Shown here piece after piece: positions 1 to 12,159 of a stretch of 64,000 nt of DNA. Position numbers and translations under genes: made by a program. The notes beneath the pieces were generated by a model, which worked only from the letters and a program-made list of their open reading frames with translations, searched no databases and was not told where the DNA came from. Where the stretch lies: NCBI GenBank assembly GCA_965655095.1, contig OZ296656.1, positions 86,056,001 through 86,120,000 on the forward strand. The letters run 5' to 3'. Each line of letters opens with the position of its first letter. The stretch's first letter is position 1. Source of the stretch: Haplodiscus bocki. Lineage: Eukaryota.

Positions 1-95
1 TCAATTCAAAAATCGGAGTTTTTATCCTTTTCCTAGTTTTGCATACGACACGAAAAATCGTGCAGAACCGGGGGCGGCTTGCATAATACATATTT

Positions 96-154
96 GGCGT
101 GGTATCGTGGTTAGGCAGCCCATATGCGGTGGATTCCAATCCCAGTGTCGGCCA
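96..154 (+). pseudogene. tRNA-derived (SINE-like) fragment
   Basis: TGGTATCGTGGTTAGG (A-box-like) ... GATTCCAATCCCAG (B-box-like) ... GGCCA. Confidence 0.4.
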
Positions 155-559
155 TAATCCTTGCAAATTGTTAGATACTCGTTAACACAATCTTATTTTT
201 CAATAGCAAAAAAAAACAGAGTTCTTTTGACCAAATTTTGGGTTTTTTGATAAATGGGCTTTTTTCTCGAAAAAATCTGTTTTTCGCCCCCAAAAGAAAC
301 AAACCCCTATTTCTTGATAAATTTGACAGAAATCTCTTAAAAAATCGATTCTGAAAAACTGAAGAAAAGTTCAAAGATTATAAATCTGTTAAAACGGTTA
401 TAAATGTAAATAAGTGACCTTTTTCCAGTTTTCTGGTATCAAATTTCTTCACTATCCTAGTTTCTTCTGGGTTAAAAAAAACAAATTGGAATCGAGAAAT
501 CTTCTGCTAGAACATACCGTTCAGTCGTTCATAAATACCCACGTTGAAGCAATGCCAAA

Positions 560-3000
560 AAGCGTAATTAGGTTTGAAATTCCTCGATGTTGCAACTCAT
601 TTTTATCCGAAGACAAAATTCAATTCGTTCATCTAGGTCTTCATCGACAGCCTTCTACTTGTATTCCATTGGAAAATTATCGGTTTTCATCCTTGCGTTA
701 GAATCCTGATAGACTTGTAATGCGAAAAAAGCCAATATTTTCGAAAAATCTAGGTTTTCAAAAGTTTATTTCTTCCAAACCACAAGCATGATTTCTTCCA
801 CCAAAAATACCATCGAAACCCTTCAACTTTTAGCCAACCACATCATTGGAAAAAAGTTGACTTTGTTTCTTGCATCAGAAACCTGATAGTCCGAAAATTC
901 AAAAAGTGCTCTCAATTTTGATTCTTGTCGATACTCGAACTTTTTCTCGTAAGTATAGGCTTGAATTCCCTCAAAGTCTTAATCAAAACCATTACATTTC
1001 AATACGAGGACTCGATTGAAAAATGTTTTGTTTTGACCCGCGAATCGAAACCCTCAAAGCCAAAAACTATAAAGTTGATATCTTTCGTCAAAGTCTCAAT
1101 GGAAAGCCTTACACTTGTAGATGACAACTGAAGTCGCGAATCATTTGTTTGGATCTTTGCATCAAAAACTTAGTACGAAAGTTCTGAGAGGTGCTATTAT
1201 TTATGACTTATCTCGATGTTCAAACTCACGTTTCTCCACAACAACAGGCTTGAATTGTTCCATCACGGTATCAATCCAAAGCTTTCAAATTGTGGCGAAC
1301 CATTGAATTGAAACTTTGTGGATTTTGATGCTTGCATCAGAATCTTGATAGTCTGAAAAATCCGAACATTGCTAGTAAAATTGATTTCTCTCCAAATTCA
1401 AACTACAGGCTTGATTTTTTCCATGAAGGTTTCAATGGAAAAGCTCCAAAGTTGTACAGAAGTACTCGATTTCAAAAAACATTCGTTTCGATCCCTGGTT
1501 TAGAAACCTGATAATCCGAACATTCCAAAACAATATTCTTTTGATATTGATTCATCCCGGGATTCAAACTTCTCTCACCGTTACTACACGCTTGGAATCC
1601 TTGATCAACGGCACAACCGAAAGCTTTCTACTTGTAAGGGATTGTTCAGTTCAAATGCTATTATTACGTTGTCCGCTTTGGAATCCCAACTGTCTCAAAA
1701 AGCTAAAACTAAACCTTCCGTTGTCCGCTCTGGAATCCTAATTGTCCCAAAAAACTAGGGAACGTTTTGACTCTGAATTACTCGCCATATTCAAAGTCAT
1801 TCTTCTCCGAAAGTACAAAGTCGATTTCTTTCATCAAGGTCTAACTCGACAAACTTTTAATCGAGGAGAACTTTTCGATAAAATTAAAATCATGGACTTT
1901 GTTCCCTGCAATTCAATTTTGATAATTCGGGAAGGTGCAAAAACTCTGACATTTCTCGATATTCTAACTCAAAGTTTTCGTTAACCAACGCCTGCTTTCT
2001 TGCTCCAAGGTCTCAATCTACAGCATTCTGTTTTTGCAGGACTATTCGATCTAAAAATGACTGATTTTTTCCTTGCGTCGGAACCCTGAAAGCCCGAGAA
2101 TGCTAAAATGCTACTAATATTGATAAATTTCTGTTTTCAAACTTCCATTCCTCAAAAAAAGGCTTGATTTCTTCTACCAAGGTAGCAATGGAGAAGTTTC
2201 TACTTCTTGAGGAGTATTGGGTTGAAAAAAACAATGTTGTTCCAGCATTGGAAACTTGATAGTCCAAATATGTCACAAAAACTTTCAGTACGGACTCTGC
2301 TCGATTTGCAAACACGTTCATCTCCATGACAACAGACTTGATGTCTTCCTCCAAGGTATTGATTAAAAACTATTTACCTGTGTTGTAATATTCCAATGAA
2401 AATCATTGATTTTCTTCCGTGCAGTCCAATCTTCAGGGATCAGCAATGCCAGAAAGTGATATTAGTCTTGACATGCTTCGATATTCAAACGTATATTTCT
2501 TCAGCTCTACCAGTTTCATTCGTTCATCAAGGTGTCGATCGCCAGCCTTTTACTTGAGGCTCACTATTCGTTTCCAAATACTTTGAAATCATTGATTGGC
2601 CAAAAGTGCTATCAGTATAGGCATACAAGGATATTCCATCTCATCTTCCTCGAACACTACAGCTTTGAAAATTTTGAAATATTCTATCATGGTGTGAATT
2701 GACGGTGTTTCCCTTGTAGATGACTCTTAAATTGAACAATACCTGATTTTGTTTCGTACATCGAAAAATTGTCAGACCGAAAATGATAAGACGTCCAAAT
2801 ATTATATTGTCGATTTTCGAACTCAATTCACTGAAGCTATTGGCTTCAATTCTTCCGAAAAAGCCGAGACTTCGTGAATTATGGTTTTTGTTTTCTGTGA
2901 AAGTGCTCTGTTGTATGTTCCATCAGTCTGTTCTGTCTCCCGGTTACGGAAAACATCGCATTGCGACTGAATCTCTTGTTCAAAATCCTGTTGTGCCGGA
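560..3000 (+). repeat. Degenerate ~175-bp tandem satellite, ~14 units
   Basis: Motif like TTCATCAAGGTCTCAATCGA recurs at ~628, 798, 968, 1259, 1420, 1601, 1830, 2003, 2174, 2349, 2523, 2684. Confidence 0.75.
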
Positions 3001-3499
3001 ATCTGTGTATGGCTTTCACTCTTTGAAATCAACCTGAAATGTTGCATTCATACTGGTGGGGTGTATCACAAAAAAGGCGAAACCTAATCTTTTCAGACGT
3101 TTCTCCAACTTCTGCTACTTTGAAGAACGATAGCATTCACATAAAGGAAGGAAGCAACTTGGTTTTGGATTCCCCTTGGAATATTGTAACAGGGTATCGC
3201 ATGAGAGAAAGATTTTCGCACTGGAGTTACTAACCTGAACAAAGTTTTGCAAATTATCTGTACCGCTTTCTTCATGAGCATTAAATGCTCTGAAAAAGAT
3301 GTTGACCCAAAAAACAGAGCCTAGCGATTATAGGCCTTTTTCAGACTTCAATAGGGCCGTATTCGTATGGGTGTTTCTTACTGTTGTGGAGGATACAAAA
3401 CATTTCCAAAAAGAGTTTCTGTTACAATTTTTTGCTCCCCAGAAAAATGAGTAGAAACAGAAATGTCTGTTTTAGACCATGAATGAATTTGAAAATGAA

Positions 3500-6060
3500 A
3501 CGAGAATTTCCTAGTCTTATTCGTTGCGTAGACTCAAACAGCTTTCTACAATCAGTGTTTCAATTGACCAAAGCTACCAGGTGCTGAAAGGCTGGCCTAA
3601 CTTGAGTGTCATCTTTCAACATGTACACCACTTCATAGCCTTCTTCCGGCCGGAACTGCGCTGCCCGTATCTGAGAATGCCTGCCCTCTTGTGACATTCC
3701 TTCGACTTTTTTCTATCAGAAGCAAAATAACCCGGCAGGCACAAATTGGTAGGATTTTTCCCACTTTTGCGAAAACAAAACTACGGGTTGACAATTTGTG
3801 ACATCTAAAAGTTTCGGCCAGGGGAAAATCTTTGGCATTACTCGAAAAAAAGCAGAGACTTTGGAAATGTAAACAGGACAAAAGATAACAGTTTTGAAAG
3901 GGATGACAGACAATTCCACCGAGCAGCGTTTCGACATTTTCCGTCAGAAAACATTCTTCGGCAAGTTTCCACCACAGCAAAAAAATGAACATTTGGATAT
4001 TTTCGGAACTACTCAATTTCTCAAGTGAGTTACAAAGCTTGCTTCGACTGGTGACACTGTCAATCTAGAATACAGTTGTTGCCGAGGCTGCTTCACATGA
4101 ACTAGTTCCTTTCGAGTTTTCACTGATGTTTTCGAGCATAAATGGCGCGGTTGTTCGGGAGTAATCAATTTTTATCCGTTTTCAGAGGTTCAATGTTAAT
4201 TTTTGTTCATTTCTGGGCTTCATAATCTCTAATTGGCATCAAGTAATTAGGATTGGACAAGTTGCAACCTCTACACTAGTTTTCAATGCAATTTTGTGTC
4301 AATCGATTTTGTAAGTTTTAAAGTAAACACATAATTGCAAATGAGTTTTGGGACTTGTTTCTAGAAAAAAATCTACACTAGGTGCGCTGTGAAAACGTCG
4401 CCCGGTAGCTCACATAGTAACAGGCCATAGTGTACATTCAGGGTATGATACCTTTCACTCAAGTTTCAGTGCTCGGTATGATTTATGCAAGGTACAACAG
4501 AAAACATGCCTGGAAAAGGTAGAAAAAATTACGTTTTTCAGCAGTTTCATCAGCATTATGCGAGATATCCGGGTTTAATTATGTCTGCTACGGGTTGATT
4601 GCGTGCAGGAGCACTGAAGTACAGAGTCTAAATTGTCAAAAAAATCGTTCCTCTATGAAAATTATGCAGAAAACTAGTAATCGTTTTTGTTTTCAAACTA
4701 CCGAGTTTCTACAATTGAGATACTTCCAAGAAATGATATTAGGGTTCAATAGTTCTCTTTTCTGTCAGGCATGGCATGAACTAATAACAGCGGTTACAAC
4801 CAGATTAAATGGTTGTCGAGCTGGCCTTGTCCGATTAAGGATTTTGGCGTGAAAAATCTCGGTAAGTTGTGTTATTTTCAACTGTGTATCTTTCCTTTAC
4901 TGTTGCGTCCTTTCTTGCTTCCTCCAGGGAAACACTTCTAATTGCAGTAATCATTCCTCTACTGGAAGATGCTTTCTGCGAGCCTTGCGGTAGACACCTG
5001 AGCTCCTATGTTTTTTTGCGTGTCAAAATTAACTTGGAGGCCCATGCCATTTAATTGAAGCATCCGATCCGAACCGTTCCTGAAATTTCCCCAGCACTTT
5101 TCAAGTCTTTTGGATCGTTCAAACTTTTTCACGCCGGAGTTAAAAACCGAAAAAAGAAAATTGAAATTAGCCAGTAATTTTACAATGAGTCGAGTTAATA
5201 TTAACCGCGAGAGAACGGCTAGCTCTAACAACTTATCTTACTTTATGCGGGCCCCACCAGACAGAGGCCCTTTTGCGATGAGTATAATCTATTCAGCGGT
5301 AGGTTAGTGTAGGTGTTTTTACAAACAAGTTCGAATTGACTCAATTCTTTCACATTTTGAGTTGCATTTTGCAAGATCATGTATCCGCACAAATTGCCTC
5401 GCAAATGAAAACAGTTTTTCACCAAAAATGGAGCTGAACTGAGCGTGCGTGCCCTTGTTTTTGGAGCATCGTAAGCTCTGAAAACGGCCGTGTCAAAAAT
5501 ATTCCGAGACTTCTTGACTTTCTTTGCGCGACAAGGATGATTTTCTTCCTCATAATCCAAAACTAGCTCGCGCTGAGAATCCTTAGACTCAGCTTTTTGA
5601 CTCTTGACTGGTAGCGTTTCGTGTATAGTTGTAGGTGATACAAAAAGCATTTCCAGGACCTTCAATTTTGAAATTTTTTATCTCTTACTGTTCTAAGTTT
5701 TTCCCCCTTCACGTGATTCATAACTTAGTTTCCAACTGTTGTTTACTGTCGTTAAACTGTTCAAAGATTGTACGCTTTGGTTCTTCGAGTAGGAGGTAAA
5801 AAATGGCTCTGTATTTTTGCGCCAGAGTCGGTAGGCCAAACAAAAACTCGCTAACGATTATGCACAGGTAGAGATATTCAAATTGAGTTTTTCTGCCTAT
5901 TCTGGCATGTAGGCTCAACCTGCTGTCTCGACCAGTTTTTCAAACCATCCACGGCTACAAGATCTTCGGCAGAAAAGGACATCTGAGAGCGCACGACGAT
6001 GATTTTGCACTTTGGGGTTATCTTTCAGAAAAACTTGCTAAGTAATTTTTCTGCGTAGAT
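3500..6060 (-). mobile_element. Very degraded LINE remnant in the KPNB1 intron
   Basis: KIFPWPKLLDVTNCQPVVL resembles the RT NYRPISLL region; Cys/His PHD-like piece near 5300-5420; weak overall. Confidence 0.4.
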
Positions 6061-7328
6061 TTCATTTCAACAGTTTTACCCACAATTGAGCTGCTTCGAA
6101 CGTTCTGTCCGTTTGCGAGTCGATACCCGAAGCCTGGCGCTAAGTTGCCTAGTCTACCTTTTGCTTTTATTTACTTGCCAATTGGAAGAGATTTGGAGTT
6201 TGAAATTTTTCAAAAGCCAAATTATAGAAAATTTGTTCACGAGGAATATGAATGACATTATAGGGCTTCTTGAATACGTACGAAAATAGGGTGTTTGGGT
6301 TTTTAGAAAGTTGGGGTTTTTATAAAGACATTTTCGAAAATTCGGAAAAAGTACCAATTTGATGTATAATGCGGAGAAAATGCTTATATTTCCTAAAAAT
6401 CGCCTTTGAAACGAAAATTTACGGGTTTTTTTGAAAAAATCGAATTTCATTCAAAATAGGAAAAATTCCAATTTTGACGCAGAATGCTTGTTTAGTCGGT
6501 GTTTAAGGAAATGAAGATGCCGACTATTAGAGTTATTTTTTTAGCAAGACAACAGGATCACTTCAAATCAATCAAAATTTTGTAGTGTTGCAAATTTGCA
6601 GAGCTGCATTTTTCGGGAAATTCTTGTTGTTGATGCTATCATTCAAAAAAAGTTTGAGATGCCCCCACTATTTTCGTTCACTGTTTTCTTACAAATACTG
6701 AAACTATTCACAACATTAAAGGTTCCCCCAACGAGTATTTTGAGACTTGAGGGCGTCGACTCTGGTCACTGTTGGCTTGTTTTACTCTAAAACGGCATTG
6801 TTGACAAACATAAGGGCGATAAATACCCCATTGGTATCCGGGTGTCTTGCCTGTTAATCTATTCAAGAATTTGAAAGGTGTTCAAAAATGCTGGGTCGCA
6901 CTCTTTCATCACATGAGTATAACAAGAAAGATTACACAAAAAACTGACAACTGCCCTGGTGGTTCACTGTCGTACGAATAGACTAATTTTGAGCACCCAT
7001 TTTTCCAAGTGAAAACTTTTTAGGAAATCACTAAGCTCTTCAAAATTTTAATATCACTCCGCTAAGTAAAACTTTTTTTTAAAAAAGTTTTGAACTGGAG
7101 CATTTACACTTCTTCACACTCCATCCAGTTCACAGTTTGAAGCTGAATAATCTGAAACTACCCTTTTTAGCAATCCCCCCAAACATTTCATAAATTAGCA
7201 CAAGTTTGAGTTAGAGACAAATATTCAATATATAGAATATAAAACTTCTCATGTTGCATTACAGCGTATGACAGTCATTGTTTGATACAAAGCGTCCTAA
7301 GCTCCACGAGAATTTAGAAGGGTTTTAC

Positions 7329-7631
7329 CTGTTTAGTGAGTGTTTCCAGCAAAATGGGAACAATGAATGCGAGAGCACCCTTGGCATAATGTCTGGACAC
7401 ACTCTCGGGTGCTCGTCCCTGTTCGCCGGCCTCTTGAGCCTCAATCAGCAGATCCATCTCCTCGTCACACACAGAACTCCAAAACTCGATGCCCTGAAGA
7501 GCCACGTCGTCCTCGGGGGATCTCATGGCATCCAAAGTGATGGCAAACAGAGCAGGACCCATGTAGCCCTCCATGAACTGGTAGTACAACGTCATCACTT
7601 TCACAAGACATTGCAGGGCTGTCACTCTGAT
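7329..7631 (-). CDS. KPNB1: Importin beta-1 coding exon 6 (gene continues left; further exons not found in window)
   Basis: [32 protein letters not shown]...[16 protein letters not shown]...LTKQ; 303 nt; GTAAAA donor at 7328. Confidence 0.96.
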
Positions 7632-8506
7632 CTAAATCAGAGACCAACGATTAAAGCAATTTGTGAGATCATTGGTTGGTTTTTGGCAAAAAATTCAACA
7701 AAAATAACAAACTCCAGTGAAAAACTGGAAATCATTTGCCTTTATAATAGGTGCTTGCTGTGAAGACTGTTGACTTTTCATAAAATGCATTGTGGATAGT
7801 GTCGAAGCATAGCATACGCCGTGAATGTCTTCAGAAAATTTTCTTTTGTTCTCGACGAAAGACTACAGCATCTTTTGAAAACCGGATGGACATTTTTCCG
7901 GAGAACGTCACTTTGTAATCACCTTACAGCTCCCAAATGCTTGGTAGGGTCCCTCGTTAAGCCTAGATCACTTTGGCCCAAAACGGAAAACCCGATGTTA
8001 TAGGTCTCGTTCAAAAAACATAAGAACGATAAAACTCCTTCCTATATAAAATGGAGCTAGTGAGCCGTGTCTCGGCTTTTCAAAACCATCAAAATATTTC
8101 TGACGTCATTGCCGAAACACTGAAGCAAGCGAGTTAAAATAGAGCCAATAAAAAGCGAGTAAATAAGACTCAGCGATAGTGTTTCGGTTATGGCGTCATG
8201 ATGATCATGCTGAATGAAGAAAGCGAGTCAGTGTATCAAGTCGTCCGCTACATTAACTCGCCAGCTTTATTCATTTAGCGTGATAACAGTGACTTCAGAC
8301 CAAAAAAAAATACGGAAATGATCTTCAAAATGTCTTCAAATTCTTCATTTAAAGAAATTCACAGCTCAGAAATAAATTTTGTTGGGAAATGCACCAGGAA
8401 CAAATGATAATAATGCTGATAATTACTGCAGAAACACTTTCCATTTGGAATAATCAGCAATTGGGCCATTAAAAAGCATGATGGAAACAAGCGAATGGCA
8501 GCTTAC

Positions 8507-8725
8507 CTTGTGGTTCGTGCTCTGGGTGGCCTCGCACACCACTTGCATGATGAAGTTTCTCTCGTTCAGATTCTCGAAGTTCTGTCTGGTGAGTTCAAGA
8601 GAGTTCAACAGGGCGGTGGTTGCAGCCAGTCGCACGTGGTCATTCACCACATCTGCAGGCTGCATGCCCCCACTCACTATTGCGGTCAACAACTCATTCG
8701 ACTTGTTCTGTAACTCTTGAGTGTC
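8507..8725 (-). CDS. KPNB1: Importin beta-1 coding exon 5
   Basis: DTQELQNKSNELLTAIV...LAATTALLNSLE...FIMQVVCEATQSTNHK; 219 nt; TGCAG acceptor, GTAAGC donor. Confidence 0.95.
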
Positions 8726-9844
8726 CTGCAACATACACAACAACAACTTCATCATACATGTACAATTTTTGGCGTAACATGAAATATATTGGACAAAAAC
8801 AGGACCCCTTGGTCCATTATCTTCCCAAGTAAACTACAGTGCAGTCGGGATATATCGCGTACGGTAATATCGTGGGCCGCTTACATCGTATGCAAGAAGA
8901 AAAGTTCCAATTTTGTTAACTTACAACGTGTCATGCCGTTTATAACGTATACCAGTTATAATGTAAAAATTCTCAGGTCCCAATGGTAGCGTAATAGCCG
9001 AACTCCATTGCATATGACAAAAACTAAACTGAAATTCGATAGAAGGAGATAACATGACAATTACAATGCAAAAGTGGTTTAACCATTTCTCAAACGGTTC
9101 ACTTTTGGGATATGAGGTAAAAAGATGTACTTTTACAGCTACTTCACAGTATAAATAGATGAAATTATGTCCCCTCGGAAGCAATTCACACTTGAAAGAT
9201 CATTTCAAAGATGCTTTAAACTATCCTCTAAATTTCCTTCGTTATCTAAAAGACGCCCGGCTACGAACGGAATATTTTCCACCATCCAACTATTAGAAGA
9301 AACGTTTTTCAGTAAAGTTACCCTTCTATATGTCTTCTCCATCAATTTTTACAATTTCTCCCGATTTTGCTTTTTCTTGAAAAAAAACACCGAATTTTCG
9401 TCGAGAAGAACACTCTGAATTTTAATCATTTTATACGAATATTACCGCGAACTTGCCTTTTTTTACCGATTTTCAAAAAAATCGAGTTTTTCAAGAAAAT
9501 GTTAAATTGGCAAGTAAACGAAACAAAAGACGCACGCGGCAAAAAGATGATTGAAACATGGCGCAAAATAATGAATTAGCCTTCCATTGAAATGATTCTA
9601 TTGAGTACGAAAATTTGGAGCTTGATTTTATATGTGCGCACAATTTACGATAGGCCAGCTTCAATTTTACTCAACGGCTGTAAGAAGCTATTCATTGGGA
9701 AATTTGGAAGACAATTGCCTGCTTCGTGGTTACCTGATCATATCGAAATTGCAAATTTAGTGAGAAAAGTTTAGAGGATTCTGCGGATTTAAAGGATTTT
9801 CTCTAAAAGTGAAAATATTGTGCATCACAACCCTGCGGACTTAC

Positions 9845-10045
9845 ACAATCTTGGCAAATGTATCCGAGGGCTTCGATGGCGGCTTCTTTGAGCATGTCGC
9901 TGCTCGAGACATGGGTAACTTTCATGCAGAGACTGTCGAGCAATTCTGGCCACAGACTGAACGGCAATTCAGCACAAGCGATGGCTGCCACGCACTGAGC
10001 GGCCGTCGAGGGTCGATACGTCTCTGTTCCCAAAGTGTTCAAAAT
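9845..10045 (-). CDS. KPNB1: Importin beta-1 coding exon 4
   Basis: [28 protein letters not shown]...[10 protein letters not shown]; 201 nt; CTAG acceptor, GTAAGT donor. Confidence 0.95.
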
Positions 10046-10339
10046 CTAGATGCAAATGCAACACACATACAAAGGCAAGTTACATGAGTTCTCATACATA
10101 GCACTAAATAGATGCTAGGTTAATTTCGCTTTGCCAACAAATTAAATTGATCACATCATTTTCTTCGTAAGTTTCGCAATTTTGTGATAACGCCACTGAC
10201 GCATATCAAGAGAACAGAAACATTTTTTCATTGCACTATGAAACTTTTCAGTTTGAATTTTGAGCGTTCCGTATACCATGCAAATAGAATCAAGAGCGCC
10301 GAATACATCCGAAATGAAGTAATGTCAGAATTTACAAAC

Positions 10340-10522
10340 ATTTTGTTTTATTCTGTTACGAGTTTCAGCATCACTTTCTATCCACCTTTTAGTCTGAGCA
10401 GCCTTCGTGACAGCGTCTTTTGATGTTAGTTGGTTCTTCAGTTGCAGACCAGCTGCACGTCGACACACATCACTCACTCCCGGAGTGCAAAGAAGGTGAC
10501 TCAGCTGTTCACAAAAACCCAA
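10340..10522 (-). CDS. KPNB1: Importin beta-1 coding exon 3
   Basis: LGFCEQLSHLL...RRAAGLQLKNQLTSKD...RIKQN (IBN_N region); 183 nt; AG/GT boundaries. Confidence 0.93.
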
Positions 10523-10619
10523 CTAAAACAGCGGCAACCAATATTATATGGGTTATCAGTTACAATATGATTATCCAATACAAGTGCTCATTTGGAACAG
10601 CGTCGAAAAGTTAACTTAC

Positions 10620-10678
10620 AAAATTTATGGAAGCAGCATTTTCCAAAAACGCCAGAGCATTTTCCAGCAATTCTTTGT
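10620..10678 (-). CDS. KPNB1: Importin beta-1 coding exon 2 (NKELLENALAFLENAASINF)
   Basis: TTTAG acceptor and GTAAGT donor; 59 nt restores phase 0; homologous to [20 protein letters not shown]. Confidence 0.9.
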
Positions 10679-10746
10679 CTAAACAAAAAGGTATGCAAAA
10701 GAAACAATGGATCTCGGAGAGACTGGTAACTGAAAACTATGCTTAC

Positions 10747-10795
10747 TTGAGGATACAGTGTTTTCTAATATCGTCAATAACGCGGGCTCGCTCAT
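10747..10795 (-). CDS. KPNB1: Importin subunit beta-1, coding exon 1 (MSEPALLTILENTVSS)
   Basis: ATG at 10795; resembles the KPNB1 N-terminus (MELITILEKTVSP); GTAAGC donor at 10746; 49 nt, phase 1. Confidence 0.9.
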
Positions 10796-10806
10796 CTCTA
10801 GCAGGT

Positions 10807-10983
10807 CTGGAAAATGAACACAAGAATATACCTCCAATGGATTAAAACAGCAGAAACTCACAGAGACTCTTTTTGACATCCACGGGGAAATGCATGGAAT
10901 TCCAGCAACAGTTTAAAATGTTCTGATATTAATTGCTGCAATTAAATTAAATTTTACTTCATTTTGCTTTGATAAACACTCAC
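10807..10983 (-). other. KPNB1: Probable 5'UTR intron of KPNB1
   Basis: GTGAGT donor at 10983 and TTTTCCAG acceptor ending at 10807, 11 nt upstream of the ATG. Confidence 0.55.
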
Positions 10984-12159
10984 CAAATCAATCTCGCGCA
11001 TTTACCGTAAAGGATACCCTATAGAAAATGCTCCACAATGTTACAAGTCTGCGAGACACTAAGAAGCGACTCCGGTAAGTTGACTTTATTCACCGGCTTC
11101 ACTTCGAAATAGCGTTAGACTGACGGAGACATGGCAGACATCTGATGCCAAGGATGATGAATTAAGTCTTTAAGGATGATGAATTACGTCTTTCAGACTA
11201 CAACATAGAGCAGACCGAACAGCTAGAAAAGATATCTCAACACGGAGTCCTGATTGTCATTAAAAATGAAATAAAACGAAGAAGTGGATGTCAGATCTTT
11301 ACCAAAAAGTGTCCAAACATCGCTATGACCAATCAAAAATCACAGGAGACCTTCTTTCATAGCAGTCATACTACAAAAAGAACGAGTAGGAGCCAAAGTC
11401 ATACACTTTGGATCTCCACCGAAACAAATCATCTGAATCAACTTGAGACGGTGACACACACAAAGCGCGAAGATATGACGTCAGAAAAGCTATCTCGCCT
11501 GATACAAACGAGTAAAGCAATGCAACACCAAAGCAGATCCCAGTGTCAAACAAGTCTGCTAACTACAAAAAGCAATCAGAGTCTTCATAAACTTACAAGA
11601 CTTCAGCGATAGTTTGCCACTTGTGATTGATTCAAAATCTAACAACTGCGATGCGATATCTGACAAGCAGAAAGTAACAACTTCTTCCTACCAGTTCTTA
11701 CGGATAACCATTGTGTTTTCTTCGAACTCTCAAAAACAGCTGTTGAGTAAAAAGATGTAAGGATAAACGCGGCAAAAATCATGTCTCAACTTAAAAATAT
11801 GCATCCAAACAGAAGCAGGGGAAGAATGCTTTTCAACCAATTCTAATCAAAAGAATGAAGACTGCTAATTCAACTTTATTGAAGAATCTTTTCAAGATTA
11901 TCAAACGAAAGTGAAACAATACGCCGGAAAGGGAACTAGCTATTGTATCAACAACATCAGCAGGACACATGAAAGGATTTACACTGTCGCCCAGGAAGAC
12001 CCTTGAACGTCATCAACAAATTTTCTGAAAGTATTCATTTCGAGCAAATGGCAACTTTCGCCGCACTGATTAATGAGTTTTTTGGATTTCCGCCCCCGAT
12101 GATCTGTTGTCGCTCAAATGACTTCCAATTTGACACAATTATATAATCTTAGGCGAACT

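Noticed and set aside
10807-10831. Spliced-leader trans-splicing suggested by acceptors just upstream of all three ATGs
   Set aside because: KPNB1 has a good cis donor (GTGAGT at 10983) and candidate donors exist for the other two; no SL RNA gene was identified.
11075-11080. GTAAGT donor as a possible HACD 5' exon sharing a bidirectional promoter with KPNB1
   Set aside because: It lies inside the APE-coding remnant of a LINE (LHNVTSL...LTETW), so nothing supports host use.
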